Below, one piece after another: positions 13,104-26,469 of a stretch of DNA of 64,000 bases. The notes beneath the pieces were generated by a model. It did no database searches. It was not told the DNA's origin and was given only the letters and a program-made list of their open reading frames with translations. Positions within the stretch are counted from its first letter, which is position 1. Every line of letters starts with the position of its first letter. Origin of the DNA: the human T2T-CHM13v2.0 reference genome, Homo sapiens; NCBI RefSeq assembly GCF_009914755.1, contig NC_060942.1. One strand, 5' to 3'. The translations under genes were made by a program, and so were the position numbers.

Positions 13104-13881
13104 CGCCAATATCATTACAAATCCTCATCACATAGTAAATAAGACATGGTAAATAGTAGACTTTATACTGTGTACAATTTTAATTTATGCAAAATATAAA
13201 GTTGTCCATTACCGTGATTTTGATCCAAGGCCTTCAAACACTCTCATTATTAGTAGCGTCTGTTAGACTTCACACTGTTTTCTGCTGCATGCTGTCTAGG
13301 CCTCACAAGTGGTTTTAACGCAGGAAAACTGTTGCTAGAAGTGCTAACTGATTCTTTTAGAGCTTTGATTAGAGCAATTATATTAAATTGAAAAAGTATG
13401 CTCTCTTCAATGAGTTATTTAAAAATATAAGATAGCCTCCTTGGTCCTAATCTTCACAGGAATGAAACATGCGTGTAGAATACCTGTGAGCTGAAACATT
13501 GATCATGGGAGTGACACCCCTTGTTTCAATTCTCCACTGCTGTGCGTGTTTCATGCCCCAAGATCCTCGAAACAAAAATGATCTTACCTGGTTCTGCCTT
13601 ATGTAAAGCAAAATATAAATACCTTGATGTGTACATCCAGATATGTACACCTATGGCCTATGCATTCCTCATGTCTTGTCAAGTATCTTTTTGGAATTAT
13701 TTAGTTAAAATACAAAATAACACAATTCTTTCATATTTCATTTTTTCAAAAATAAATTCTTCTTCAAAAATTTTGTTCTGGAGTCGTGTTCTGAGTAATG
13801 TTATTGCTTAAAGCTTGAATAGTGCTAATTACCAAAACCAAACAGAATGCTACTAAGGTATAAATTATGAAGGATCTTTAT

Positions 13882-13968
13882 GGCTTTTGCAAATACAGTT
13901 GTTATTGGACTTAAAGGGTGATCTTTGCCTTTTCACCGGAACACAGCCATTTGGGTTTACATAACACA
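13882..13968 (+). repeat. 87-bp direct repeat, copy 2 (partner 11361-11447)
   Basis: Same sequence as copy 1, 2521 bp downstream. Confidence 0.95.
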
Positions 13969-15214
13969 AATATTTTCAACAAGCTATATGCAGTTTGTAG
14001 GCCCTGGGTCCATAGACACATTTTCTGGACACCAGTTGGGGGTTTGTGTGGAATAGTGGATACACTCCTACCATGAGGCAGCCTGCAGAGCACTTTGGGC
14101 CTGCCTGGGGTCGACACCTGAGTCATTTTCTGAGGCCATGCAATTGGTGAATACAAGGACATTGAGGGTTTCAAAGACTGATTGCTTAACCTTTGCTAAT
14201 GTTTCCTCCTGACCACTGTGATTCTTGCAAAGCTCCCTTCGCAAAGCTGAGCTGAGACCTGGGTGTTGGCGGAAGGTCAGTGGGACCTCTTCTGTGGGCA
14301 GCAGGAACCCTGATACTCCCTATCCTTCACAACCACCACTGTCACTCACCTCTACCTGTCAATCATTGCTGACTGATAATTGTCTCACAATGTATTAAAT
14401 CCATGATTATTTATGGAAAAAACAACAACAAATGTTTATAGTGTCATTCACAGTAGGCTGCCTTTACAATTCAACCTGAGGCAGTCCAGTGGTCATAGCA
14501 TTTTGTCTTTCCACACCTGTACCAGAGGTGGCAGCTACACAGAGATTTTCAGTGTCCTCAATTCTATCCCTCCTGCCTATGGATGATGTGAAGGTCATGA
14601 ACATTCGGCTCTGGAACAGCAGAGAATAATGCTAGGCAGGGATCCTTCCAGTGGCCACAGCAGGAGCACACTCAGACAGAAACTGCTGATTTCTGGCCTT
14701 TCCAAACAGTCAGGTGCTCACACTCAGCAAATGCAATGATCATTTCTACCGAACAATAAGCTGTACTGCTGAATATTATTTTTTTCTAATGACTCATTAT
14801 CCTGGAATGATGAGGGGATGAGTAGAATATAAGTGTATTAAAAACATAATTGTTTTTCTATTCAAACAGAAGCGCGCCATGCTTCTGTTTCGCATGCGGG
14901 AAAACGCCTAATGAATAGGAGAATCTTTGCGCCTTTCAGTTTGCGGCAGTGCTGGCCCCTAAATGCGTATTTAAAATCCTAATTGCTTTTAATTCCATCC
15001 GTTACCTGATGATTTCTTTGGCTGGAGCACGTGCTTTACTGTCTATCCTACTCTGCTTTTTCCAGCAGTATTGCTCCCAAGTGCCATGCAGTTACACACA
15101 GTTATTTATGACATCTTTATCAACGTAGATATGGGCATTGATATAAATAGTTTGCAAATATTGAGGGAAAAAATAGCTTAACAGTGTGTTAAACTGGGCA
15201 AATTCTATGTACCA

Positions 15215-15372
15215 ATGATACATACACATATACATGGATATACACACATATATATATTTATATGTGTATACCATGAGTACATAGTGTGTATATACACGTA
15301 TCTATACATAATACATATATAATAGTATACATACATTACCTATATATAAGTTTAAAAACCATGTATATATAT
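15215..15372. repeat. (TA)/(CA) low-complexity tract
   Basis: Seen directly. Confidence 0.85.
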
Positions 15373-16789
15373 AAAAGTTCAGTAATGCTCAATTTTAATT
15401 GAGTACACAAATGTTATCTATGTAAGTTATTAACACCCATAAAGTTAGAGTGAGCACACACACCTGCCTGCTTGTATTCTCCAAGCACATCACCGGGAAC
15501 AGTAATTTCCTAGGATTACAGAGGCACCCAGGTAAGACCACCAGAGCCGCGAACAGTGGGGAGGTCCTCCATGTGCGCAGACATCTCATCGCTGGTGTTA
15601 TTCTGCATAGTAGGGTTCCCAAGGACTGGCATTTCTCTCTAAACTGAATTTAAATAAACTTTATCTGGTGTTTACAAACAGGGCTACTGTTTGTAATCAC
15701 CAAGCTTGTTCATTTGCTCCTGGGTATCTGATAATCCCACTGGTGCAGATGTGCATCTTTCCCCAAACTCCTACCTTACCCACAGTACCCACAGCTTTTC
15801 ACCTTTGTTTATTGCATCTGCCTCTGTCCTGGTCAGCACTATGTGCCATTGTTCCAGCAGGCATTCCAGCAAAATCAGGTCCTTCATTTCTTGGCTTGAT
15901 CGTTTCAGACCAGGCCACGCCTGTTCCTGAGCTGCCGCTATGAAGCATAGCTGATTTCAAGTACTATTAAAATTAGAAATAGCACAAGATCCGTGCACAA
16001 TTCATTTAACTCATTTATTCATTCCATCTTAAATACATCTATAACTAAATACATACCCACTAAGTCCCTTTACCTACATCTATTTCAATTTGATGCTTTA
16101 GCACCCTTCTTTGAATTCCTGATATTTTGAGAAAGCAAGGAATAATTGATAAAGTTTAGAAGTGATTCTAGGATCTGTGAGATTCTCTTAGGTCATGTAA
16201 ATTCTGAATGCTCATGGATGAGTTTAAGGGAAACATCGGGTCTAGAAAGCTGTTCTGAGCACAGAATAGACAGGGTTAATCCCTTCAGCCCTCATCTGAA
16301 AGAAGTGACAATGAGAAAGATAATAGTTATACAGTGAAACATCATTATATAATTACTGCATCTAATGTTTCCCTGCGTATGATGTTCAAGTTCAGAAATC
16401 TCAGCCAGGGGCCCATAAAACAATTCTTGCGTTTTATGTTTTTCTGCTTATGCTGTTTTATTTCACTCTTTTGGGAAAAAATGTAAAAATAATTTACTGA
16501 AGTGATAATTAGCGCTTATAAAGCACTTTGTAACCTGTGACACTCTGCAAATTGCTACCAGAGGATGGTTATAGTTGTCTAAACACTTTAGTGCACAGGG
16601 AAACTGAGGGAGACACTTACTTTGTAGGCTGAAAGTTCCTTGAGGGCAAGGACTATATTGTAGTGAAATTTGTAGACCTCATTAGACCTAACACGGCCAT
16701 GGAGGAAGCTCCATAGGAAATGCTAGTGGATTCAAACTGACAGGGAGGTGGCCCACCAGCCAGGGCCTTGCTCTGCAGTGTGAGGGTGC

Positions 16790-17700
16790 GCAGAACGCAG
16801 GGGGCCGGGGCGCCTCCCAGCCTGCGCGATGGTCTTGATGGGTGGCCCTTGGGATCACTGGGATGCTGGCTCTCACACCGGCCCCCGAGGGGGGCTCCCC
16901 ATTTTCCAGATAAGAAAATCAACGCCCAGCAAAATCGAGCAAGTTGTGCCACATCGCACAGTGGGAACGGGCAGGATGTTCAAACTGCAAATTTTCTTTG
17001 CCCCCTGCCTGCAGAAACACCGCATGGGAATTGTTCTTAACCCCCAAGGGCCGCCTCTTCCACCTGCTCTGGGTGCATTGGTGTGGGGCCGCCTTGCAGA
17101 GGCCACGGACGCCTGGATGGACAGGTGGAAGGTGGAAGGGGAGGGAAGGGGGAGGACGTCCTTGTCTCCTGCCTTCTCCATCTCCACCCTGCGCGTGGCT
17201 TCTGCTCTGTGGGGTGAACCCTGCCAGGGGGTTCTGCCTCGGCGTTGTGGGGTCGGGGGTTCACCCTCACGCCTTGCTCCTCGCCCCTCACACCACCCAT
17301 GGCCAGCCAGGACCAGGGGCATCCACACTCGGCCTGGCCTCGGCAAAGGCTGGGGGACCTCCCTTCCACGGCCTCGCGTCCACGCAGGATCAGCCTCCCC
17401 TGCAGGGCCTTCTCCCCGCGCCCCTGTCGCCGTCTGGAACCTCAGGCTGGCTGGGCGGGTCTCTGTCACAAACCACCTGCTCGCTGCTGCCCAGCGCCGC
17501 CTGGGCACTCCTGAGACCGGGCAGGCCTCACCCGAGGGCCTGAGCTGCACCCACGCCTCCGGGAGTCCAGGTGCCACGGGCGGGAGCTGGGGCAAAACTT
17601 GGGATGTGAGCAGGGTTTGCTTTGGTTCTGGCAAGTAGGTATGTGCATGACACACGCACCTGTGCGTGCCCGCGCCTGAGCATAACGGCAGAACGCTGCT
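16790..17700. other. GC-rich, moderately CpG-rich unique region (weak island-like)
   Basis: High GC, many CpGs, overlapping long ORFs on both strands typical of GC-rich non-coding DNA. Confidence 0.5.
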
Positions 17701-17790
17701 TTTGATGAACATTTCCCTCCCTGAGCAGCTAACTGCCTGTAAGTGTGTTTCGATCAGATTCAGTGAATATTCTTGGGAAATCCCCCCCCG

Positions 17791-17985
17791 CATACACACA
17801 CACACACACACACAGGCACACACACAAATGCACACACACAGGCACATGCACGCACACACATACACGCACACAAGGCATACACACACTAATGCGCACACAA
17901 ACACAGAGGCGCGCACACACACAGAACACACACACAGGCACGCACAAACACAGGCACCCGCACACTCACAGGCACCCGCACACTC
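17791..17985. repeat. Degenerate (CA)n tract with a duplicated 18-mer acaggcacccgcacactc
   Basis: Seen directly. Confidence 0.9.
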
Positions 17986-18514
17986 TTGGATTCATCCAGC
18001 TTCAGCCTCCTCCCTGCGTAGGAGCGACCTTAGCGTGGACATTTGGTGACTCTCCCGGGCGTATTCTGCTTGCTGAGCCCTGTTAACGCCCATCCCAGTG
18101 GGAAGCTCTTAGCATGCATTTCATTCTAGTTCCTGTTTTTCAAGTAAATCACGCTCAGATTTACTGGCTATGGCTTTCTCACAATTTATGTGTCTTCTTC
18201 TCCTTTTTAATGTTCGCAGTACACTTCAGAACGCAATGGATCGTTTTCCCCAGAGTCAGGTCCATCCTGGGCAGAAGGTTAGACGTTTATGGAGTGGTAT
18301 CAGCAGCGGAAGAGCCTTTCAGAGGCCGCTGTGTGCTTCTGGGTGGAGCCATCGTGCTTGTGCTGTAAATCCAGGTTCAGACACCTTGAAAGATGCCACA
18401 TCCGAGACACCATCAACACTGCATGGGGGAATTTTAGGGTTTTGTGTAACATGACGTAAGTGTTTTGACTTGGGGCACTTAGTCCCCGTGAGAGTTCCCA
18501 CATAGGTGGGCAGC

Positions 18515-18640
18515 TGAGATTGCAGCGCTGTCCGGGGCATACGGTGTCTCTGCCCTCACTGACCTCTGGTCGGACATTCTGGCTATCAAGCTCTGGGATG
18601 AGCACAGCGTCTTACAATAAATATTTGCAGAAATAGATGG
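18515..18640 (+). mobile_element. L2 3'-end fragment
   Basis: Ends in caataaatatttgcagaaatagatg, an L2-type terminus. Confidence 0.45.
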
Positions 18641-21600
18641 GGAATGCAATTCTCTCTTATTCTGTATGCACAAAATAGCAACCATTTAACTGTTAACTCT
18701 GTTTTAATAGTGCCTTGAGATGAATTTAAGAAAAATACACTTCAAATGTAACATCACTGTCATACATAATGGATAATGATGGTGCTTCATTTGTGCTGAG
18801 ATATATTAGAGTAGTTAGGACAAAAGTGCACTGGAAATGCCAGGCGGAGCCTTTCTGTTTGCACACATTTATCTCTATACATATTTATATATTTTCAAAT
18901 TGTGTGATACTCTGGGAATGAGAGAATCATGTTTTCTGAGTTATAAAACATTTCCATTTATTTAAAATATAAAGAGAATTTGGTAATAGCACGCTAAGAA
19001 AGTTAACCTTTATCTTCTGCCTCATTTTAAAAACATAAAAAATTATTATATTTCAATGTCAAATGAATTTACTGTCATTATAAAGTAAAAATTGTTATTA
19101 CATTCCTATAACTATTTTAGCAGTGATATGTGTGGACTCAGTACCTCCATGTTTTGTTAAGTTATATATACAGATATCATTATATAGAGATAAATATATG
19201 CATATATATGTGAATTGTATAATGGAATACATGTTATTTGTTTATAATTTACTTTTACCAAACTGTAAAAATAAAAATATGTGTAGTGAAAAATCGATAC
19301 AATCCTAAAATAAGAGATTTTAAAAAGTAATCAAGGGCTTTAGATATTGTAATTTTTCAGAGCTCAAGGAAGATATTTTAAATCTGTTTGGAATGTATTT
19401 AAATCATAGATTATATTGGCCTTTTAATTTGCTTATCTGACTTCAGGACTTCCATCAGCAGAGCACACTTTGGGTTTCACCAGTGGTTGTTGGAGGAGAG
19501 CTGTGCCCACACTGGGTGTAATAGCCCTGGAGTGGGGACGGAGCAGGTGCCCTCCCGGGCATGTGCAGCGGCACCTGTGTGGGAGGGTGGCCTCCCTGAG
19601 CACAGGATGTCCTCCAGGTCACCCCCATGAGAAAATGATGAGCCGAGGAGAACCATGTACAGCTTAGCTCCACGTTCAGCTGCTAGAGACTCAAGTTCAG
19701 AGTCTTACTGCGTGACAGAGGGGAAAGGCATCTTTAGTCGCTTCTCTCCATCTCTGCTGTTCTTGATTCACAGTCTGTGATGTGACCGATAGAACATCTG
19801 ACCAACAGGGACACCAGTGTCATGAGGGTGCTCTGTCACCTGGGGAGACCCACCCCCAGAACCTTCACCTGGGCAAAGACAAGGTGAATCCTACGACGGC
19901 TTTCACCTGTGTGCTTATAGCCTCCTGTCAGAGAAAAGCTAGGCCTCACACTGAAAACATGCATGGGAGCTTAGGGTAAGATGAATGGGAACATCTGAAG
20001 GGAAAATATCTCCATGAAAACAGCTTGTGTTTCTTTTATTCTACAGATTAGAAACACTGAAGTCGCTCTCACCCTGAAGGAGTCCTTGATAGAGAAGACA
20101 GAACAAGTAAGGGACAGGAGAGGCTGCTTTATGCCAAGTGCGGCTGGACGGGAGCCCCTTTGAAAGGATTTTAGGATTTCTCTGGGTTTTGCTCTTCCGG
20201 ATGATATTAAGAGCCAAGTTCAAGGCAGCCTCCATGCAGCACATGAGGCAGTATCATGACCCAGCCAACACCTCGGAGGTTCACACCAGCTATTTTATTC
20301 CTTGTAATGACGCTGAATGACCCAGTATCTTGTAAAATGAAATTGAAATCTGCAGCGAGGCAGTACTTCTGCTATTAAAATGATTTTTTCTTTGTAATGG
20401 AGCACTGCCAGTCCAACCATTTGTGAATTGCAATTAAAATCTGAAGCCGGCAGCACTTTTGCAATTAAAACTGGCATATTTTTTTTTAAAAAAAATTCTG
20501 CACCAATCTAGATAATTAGACAGGAACTAAAATACTCGTTTATTACGCATATGGACATGTATGAGGAAATAATTTGAAATTTATTATTCAAAATATTCTC
20601 TTTTTAACGAGGATTATGCTAAATGCTGTGCCAAAACAGATTGTTTTCATATTCCATACAATTGAACCTATTTGAGAGAATTGGTATTAGATGTTTACTC
20701 ACCAGTTTGTTTATATTTTTCTTTATTTTTGTCATCTTTTTTTACATCCTTTGTTTTGGTCATAAATTATGACCGTGCTAAAGTTGTTAGAAGATCTAGG
20801 AAAAATGGCCAAAATCTTAGGACGTAATCACATGGGGATTTTCTTTGCTAATCATTTAAACACACTTTCTGAATCAGTTGGTAGCAGAGTTGTAAGTAGA
20901 TTCTGCTGGTGACAATTTCAAGAAACATCAGAGTCATCTTCACTAAGTTGAATGTATGCTTCTCAAAATACCTTCTCAGAAAGTACCTCTGACAAAGAAC
21001 CAGTAAAATCCTCACGATAAATTCTCTCTCTGATGATGTTTAACCTCCAGTCTGCAGGAAGAAATGTTTGAGACAATGCTGTTGGTCACATCTGAAGACC
21101 GTGATGAATCATAGAATGTTGTTTCTTGACTGATAATCCTCTTAAGGGTTTAGAAAATTTTCACTGAGAGTTCATATTCACCTCCACACTGTTGCATACA
21201 TTTTGTTTATTCAATACTTGTATAAAAACCTGTAGTACCTTGATGTAAACTCTGTGTTTTTACACGGTAACTTCTCTTCATTGGATTCCCTCTTCAGGTG
21301 AAGTCATACTATAAATTATGATTTTTTTGGTGTCTGGCATTTGAAAGATAGTACAGAATCAGGAGGCTGGAAGCTGTGTCATTCAGTGGACCACAGAAAG
21401 AACCTAGGGCAAAGCTAGTTTTTTCTTTTTCTCATCAGAACGCATGATCTGCATTTTTTCCTCCAGTCTGAACATTCTTATGATCTAGTTTCTCTATCTT
21501 AAAAAATCTGGATTTGCACATTCTATTCCACAAATAAGTCGCTTGTCTTTGCCTTGGGGTCTCTGCCTCCTCACTTGTAAACAGGAGACGTTAGCCATGA

Positions 21601-22424
21601 CCATCGCCAAGCTCTGCTCTCACTCCATGCTCTTGTGACTCCCTCTGGGCACGCGAAGATCTCGCCTGTCATAGTATCCGGGGACACTTCCTGAGACCAT
21701 GAGCCAGTGGAGACTCCTAAGTGAGACACAGCCCTCAGAGGTAGAATTTTATCTACTTTGTACATTTTCCAAAGAGGGAAAATATTTTAAAAGAGATGTT
21801 TCTAAATAACCCCATGTTAAACCATTTGGGCCACTGAGTTTATGGGTAGGTTTATCACTAGAGTGTAATTAGGACTAGAAAGATCGTGTGCTGAGGACCT
21901 GGATGGTAAGAAACACAAGTCCAAGAAGATGTGCGCAGAAAACAAAATGTCAACCGGCAGGCAATGAGGCCCCCGTAGCAGCCACCTGCGGTCAATAAAC
22001 GTGTTACCCGACTCGCGGGGATTGGTAGAAATAAAAGTTTTAGAATTCAAAATGCCACTGTGAACCTGGTCGCTCATTGACCACCTGTTTAAAATATACC
22101 CGAGCTGTACAGGAGCAGGAGGCCCGTGCAATCCCAGCCCGGTTGTGCAACTCTGCAGTCATTCCACGTGCCGGCTTCCTCGTGTGAACAGAAAGCACCT
22201 CTTCTCGTTAGCCCGCCTTCTTGAGAGTGGCCTGGTACTACAGGCATTTTTTCACCTAGTTATCTTATCTTGCTCTGAATTTACAGAATTAGAAATACAA
22301 GGCATAATGGTTGGAACACTAACTCCCTGATTTACTAAATCTGTACCTTAAATTAAAATAAATAGATTTAACTCCCATTTCACGATTTTCACTTTTGCTA
22401 TCCCAGGGACTTCTCCAGGTTTAT

Positions 22425-22703
22425 ATTTTCTTTAATTGAGCTATAACTCATGTATCACAGAATTTACCCATTCAATGTGTACAATTCGGTGTTTTTGATA
22501 TATTCGCAGCTGTGCAGCCATTGCCACAATCTAATTCTAGGGAATTTCCATCTCCCCAAAATAAGCCCTTTTCCCAGTAGGCAGTCATCCCATCCCCGTC
22601 CCCCAGTCCAGCCCTCCACTAACCTGCTCGCTGTCACCGTGGAGCTGCGTATTCTGGACATTTTGTGTAAATGAACTCGTAAGTGACTTTATGTCTGCCT
22701 TCC
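22425..22703 (-). mobile_element. L1MB-like 3' end
   Basis: tttaattgagctataactcatgtatcacagaatttacccatt...gtattctggacattttgtgtaaatg matches antisense L1MB 3'UTR. Confidence 0.8.
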
Positions 22704-25116
22704 GATATGACTTCATTTTTCCCGGGTATCTAGTTTAATTTTCCTCACGATCCCTCTCTTCTCTGGATCTGCAGCCTCTCCTATGTGAGAAGCCAGCACA
22801 GTTGTCTTCTCTTACTGGTGTGAGTTTCCTCTAAGGACACAGCTTCACGAGCTCACCACACAGCAATGCTGCTTGCTGCTGTTCTGACAAACTCCGTCTT
22901 CCCTTTTTCCAACATTTTCCATGGAAACTTGCGTCGGCTCACTCTGGAAAGCAACATGCCTGTCTGTGGGCTGAGATACGGAGACCTCCCTGATCTATAA
23001 AGGATTTCTAGACCTCCGCAGCATCCCCTGGGCAAGCCAAGCCTGAGCGTCCCCAGAAAACCACTGGGGACCCTTCGGGGTCCATCAGGCCTTCGTGTAA
23101 AAGAGACGACCTATTCCATAAATAAGGTCCCATTCAAATATCTTCTTTGCAAATATATTAAAATTCCAGAGATCTATTAGAATATAAAGTACAGAGGAAG
23201 GAATATTTCTTCTCCAAACAGAAGAAAATAACATTTAAAGGGCGAGTATTTAGCACTGCTTTGGGTTTTTGGAGTGGGAGTAAGCGACCAGTATTTAAAA
23301 CAAAGGCTTGTCTCTTAAGAAGAAGAACAGAATGATAAAGGAACCCCGCGTAGACAATAAATGCACGTCTGTTTACAGCTCTGGGCCTCGGCTCTTTCTG
23401 GGATGTTGACATTCGCACGTTCTGGAGTGACCCAGATGCACTCTACTCATCAAATTTCTATCAATACTAATTTACTAATATCAATAATCGTCCGTTTCCC
23501 AGTGGATCGGTGCTCCCAGGCAGGGGCGACGTGCTCCTTGCAGCTCCCTGAGCTCTTCAGCGTAGGTGTCAATAAAACTGACGGCTGCTCTCAAGCTATT
23601 GACAGTTATTAAAAATGACCTTGATGTAATTTCATGCCTATCAAAACAAAGAGCATATGCTGAGGATTATGAAAAGCTGCGGCGGAGGAAAGTGCTGACA
23701 GCCTGGAACCGATGGGCAGGATCGCTCCGCAGCTCTGACGAGTATTGGTTTTCTTGGCCTCTCCCCGCTTCCCTGGAATACTGTATGCTCCCGGGTGGGG
23801 GCACCTGCTCTCTGGAGGGCTTAATTGCAGCTATTTGAGGCCCTCCTGTGTTTTGCAAAGGGCTGCCGTAGCACACCATCTCGACAGTTAATGTGGTGTA
23901 AAATATCATAAGCGCCGCTGAAGACCTTTGAATACATACGGCACGGCTGATCAATACGTCCTGGTGGACACCCTGCCTCCCAGTATACAGAGGGCAACAT
24001 ATCAAGAGCACTCTCCCAATTCTTCTCCCACTTTGTCAGGGCATTGATCTGGCCGGTGTGTAAAAGCCTGCTTTCCTCTCCAGCTGTGCACCGGGGCTCC
24101 GTGGCAGTTTCAATAGACAGCCCTTGTATGCAGAGTTGAAAAGCTACACAGTGTGAATATTCAGTAGCCAAATAGTTTATTAATAATTGTAAGTAACGCT
24201 CTGAAATGCCCCCGTCTCTCTGTATGCACAGAACAATTGTGTTGAGCAAACGCATAAAGGCAGTCTAAAACAAAGCAATTATTAAGAACATTAACTGCTT
24301 TAAGATGAACTAAACTGCATGTCTTTCTGTGGAGTGACCAAAATGTGGAACCGCTTTGTATACTTCTATCAAGTCCTATTAAGACACATTCCCATCATCT
24401 TGATGGGCTTTTTCATATAGCAGACGACAGGCTGCATACCATTAAGCTTTCATATTTAAAGACAACCTACTCTTTCCAAAATAAAACTGCCGCACCTCTG
24501 GCTTCAGCTAGTCAATGTCATTCTCTTCCTTTTTAATAGGTATCCCTAAAATTGTAAGGACTCTTCCAGGAATTTTCCTCACTTGTATCTAATAACAATT
24601 TGTTCTGCTTTAACTTCTTCAGTGGACAGCAGTGATGGTTTGGAGCAAATTCAGAACAGTTTTTTTACCTTTGGGATTTATAATTGATTGAGACTAAAAA
24701 GCAAAACAAACAAAACAAAACAAATTCCATATCAGAAATGCACACTGCTGGTTGGTAACACCAACTGAGCATAGACTTTAGAAGTTTGTTTGTTATTTTC
24801 CTTCTTTTACTTTTGACAATTATCTGTCTTTATAAAATTGGAAATGTCTTCGGTTTTTATTATTTTATTGTTGATGAATTCCAAACGATTATTCCATATG
24901 TGTGTAGCTAGTTCACCTCTGTCAGCCAATTACATATTTTAAAGACCTCTAATAATTGAGCATGTAGAGTTGCGATTATCACGGAGTGAGACACGTAGGG
25001 CTAAAAAAACAGCTGTTGGTCTTTGCCTTTTAAAGTAGAGCGTGTGTGTGTGTGCATGTGAGTTTTGCTATAACTCAATGGTTTCAAAACTCTTTAATGG
25101 CATGTTACACGTAGAA

Positions 25117-25418
<302 letters not shown>

Positions 25419-25518
25419 AGAAATTCTTAATACGAATTGTCAAATATGGCAATTATCAATTATCATACTATGAAATACCAAACACAATAGAAATGTTGGA
25501 ACCTGTTTGAAGCCTTCC

Positions 25519-25590
25519 AGGTGCTGGGTGGGTGCTGGGCGGGTGCTGGGCAGGTGCTGGGTGGGTCCTGGGCGGGTGCTGGGCAGGTGC
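25519..25590 (+). repeat. 11-bp G-rich minisatellite (GGGTGCTGGGY, ~6.5 copies)
   Basis: Seen directly. Confidence 0.92.
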
Positions 25591-25878
25591 ACCTGGCTGC
25601 TGGGGATTGGGGCATTGACCATTGTGTGCTCTGCTCTCATCAGCTAAGACCCCGGTGACTGTGGTCTTTACCTGTGCACCCCAACGAAGCCACAGACTTC
25701 CACAGTCTGCAACCCCAGACCCACCTCCATAACAGCTTCATTTAGGGATGGTTGAAAAGCTTTGCCCTGAGTAACTCCAGAGAGTTGACAATGGCTGCTT
25801 GGTCAGGTGTTGAGGGACACTGGGAGACACAGCAGCCACAGGGGCCCAGTGTCAGTGAATTAATGGAATCTAATGATC

Positions 25879-26374
25879 TGTGGCTGCCAAAAAATATAGT
25901 GGCTTAAAATAGTGTCGATTATTATCCCTTGTGGTGTCTAAGAATAGAAAATGTAGGAATGCCTTCACTGTGCTGTCCTTGCAGAAGGTCTCTCATGCGG
26001 CTGGATGGTAGCAGGAGCAGACAGAGAGCTCTCAGGCACATGGGACCGGCCAGCCTCACTCTTTTCTTGAGGCCCTGATGCCTCTCAATGCGTCTACTCT
26101 GCATAGCTAATCTTGATTTTCTCGCAGCACGGAGGCTCAGGTGGGTGAGACCTCTCACCAACTCAGGCTCCGGCGCCAGCATTCCAGCAAACCAGGTAGA
26201 GCCTGCACTTGCCTTTGATGAGCTTGCCAGGGAAGTCACATCACGTATTTACACCATCTGCCAATGGCGGTCCAATGCCTACGTTCAGCCCATATTCAAG
26301 GGGAGGACACTCCCCAGCAGTTGATGGGCAGAGGGATGTCAAGAAACGTGTGGACTTCTTTTAAAAGCACCACA
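25879..26374 (-). mobile_element. MLT1 (MaLR) LTR, MLT1G/H-like
   Basis: Ends in ttcaaggggaggacact...gtcaagaaacgtgtggacttcttttaaaagcaccaca, the reverse complement of an MLT1 5' end. Confidence 0.7.
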
Positions 26375-26469
26375 CATGGAGAGGAGAAGTAGTGGTGGGT
26401 GCCATAGGTTCATCATTTCTGGCTGCGCTTCTGTTTAGTACAACCCACACGGGTCCTAATAATTATTTC

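Noticed and set aside
14518-14537. Second CTCF-like site accagaggtggcagc
   Set aside because: The 5' half does not fit the core consensus
16829-17931. Longest ORFs (269 aa plus, 352 aa minus, 199 aa plus)
   Set aside because: They overlap on both strands in GC-rich DNA, are biased to P/G/R/A with no domain, and one begins in a (TG)n repeat. This is expected from stop-codon depletion.
21060-21110. DNAVGH, resembling the pogo/Tigger DNAPGH motif
   Set aside because: No other transposase motifs are recognisable nearby, so it is probably chance
23566-24255. ORFs of 90-144 aa in the conserved-looking block
   Set aside because: No recognisable protein or exon structure; the motif content fits a regulatory element better
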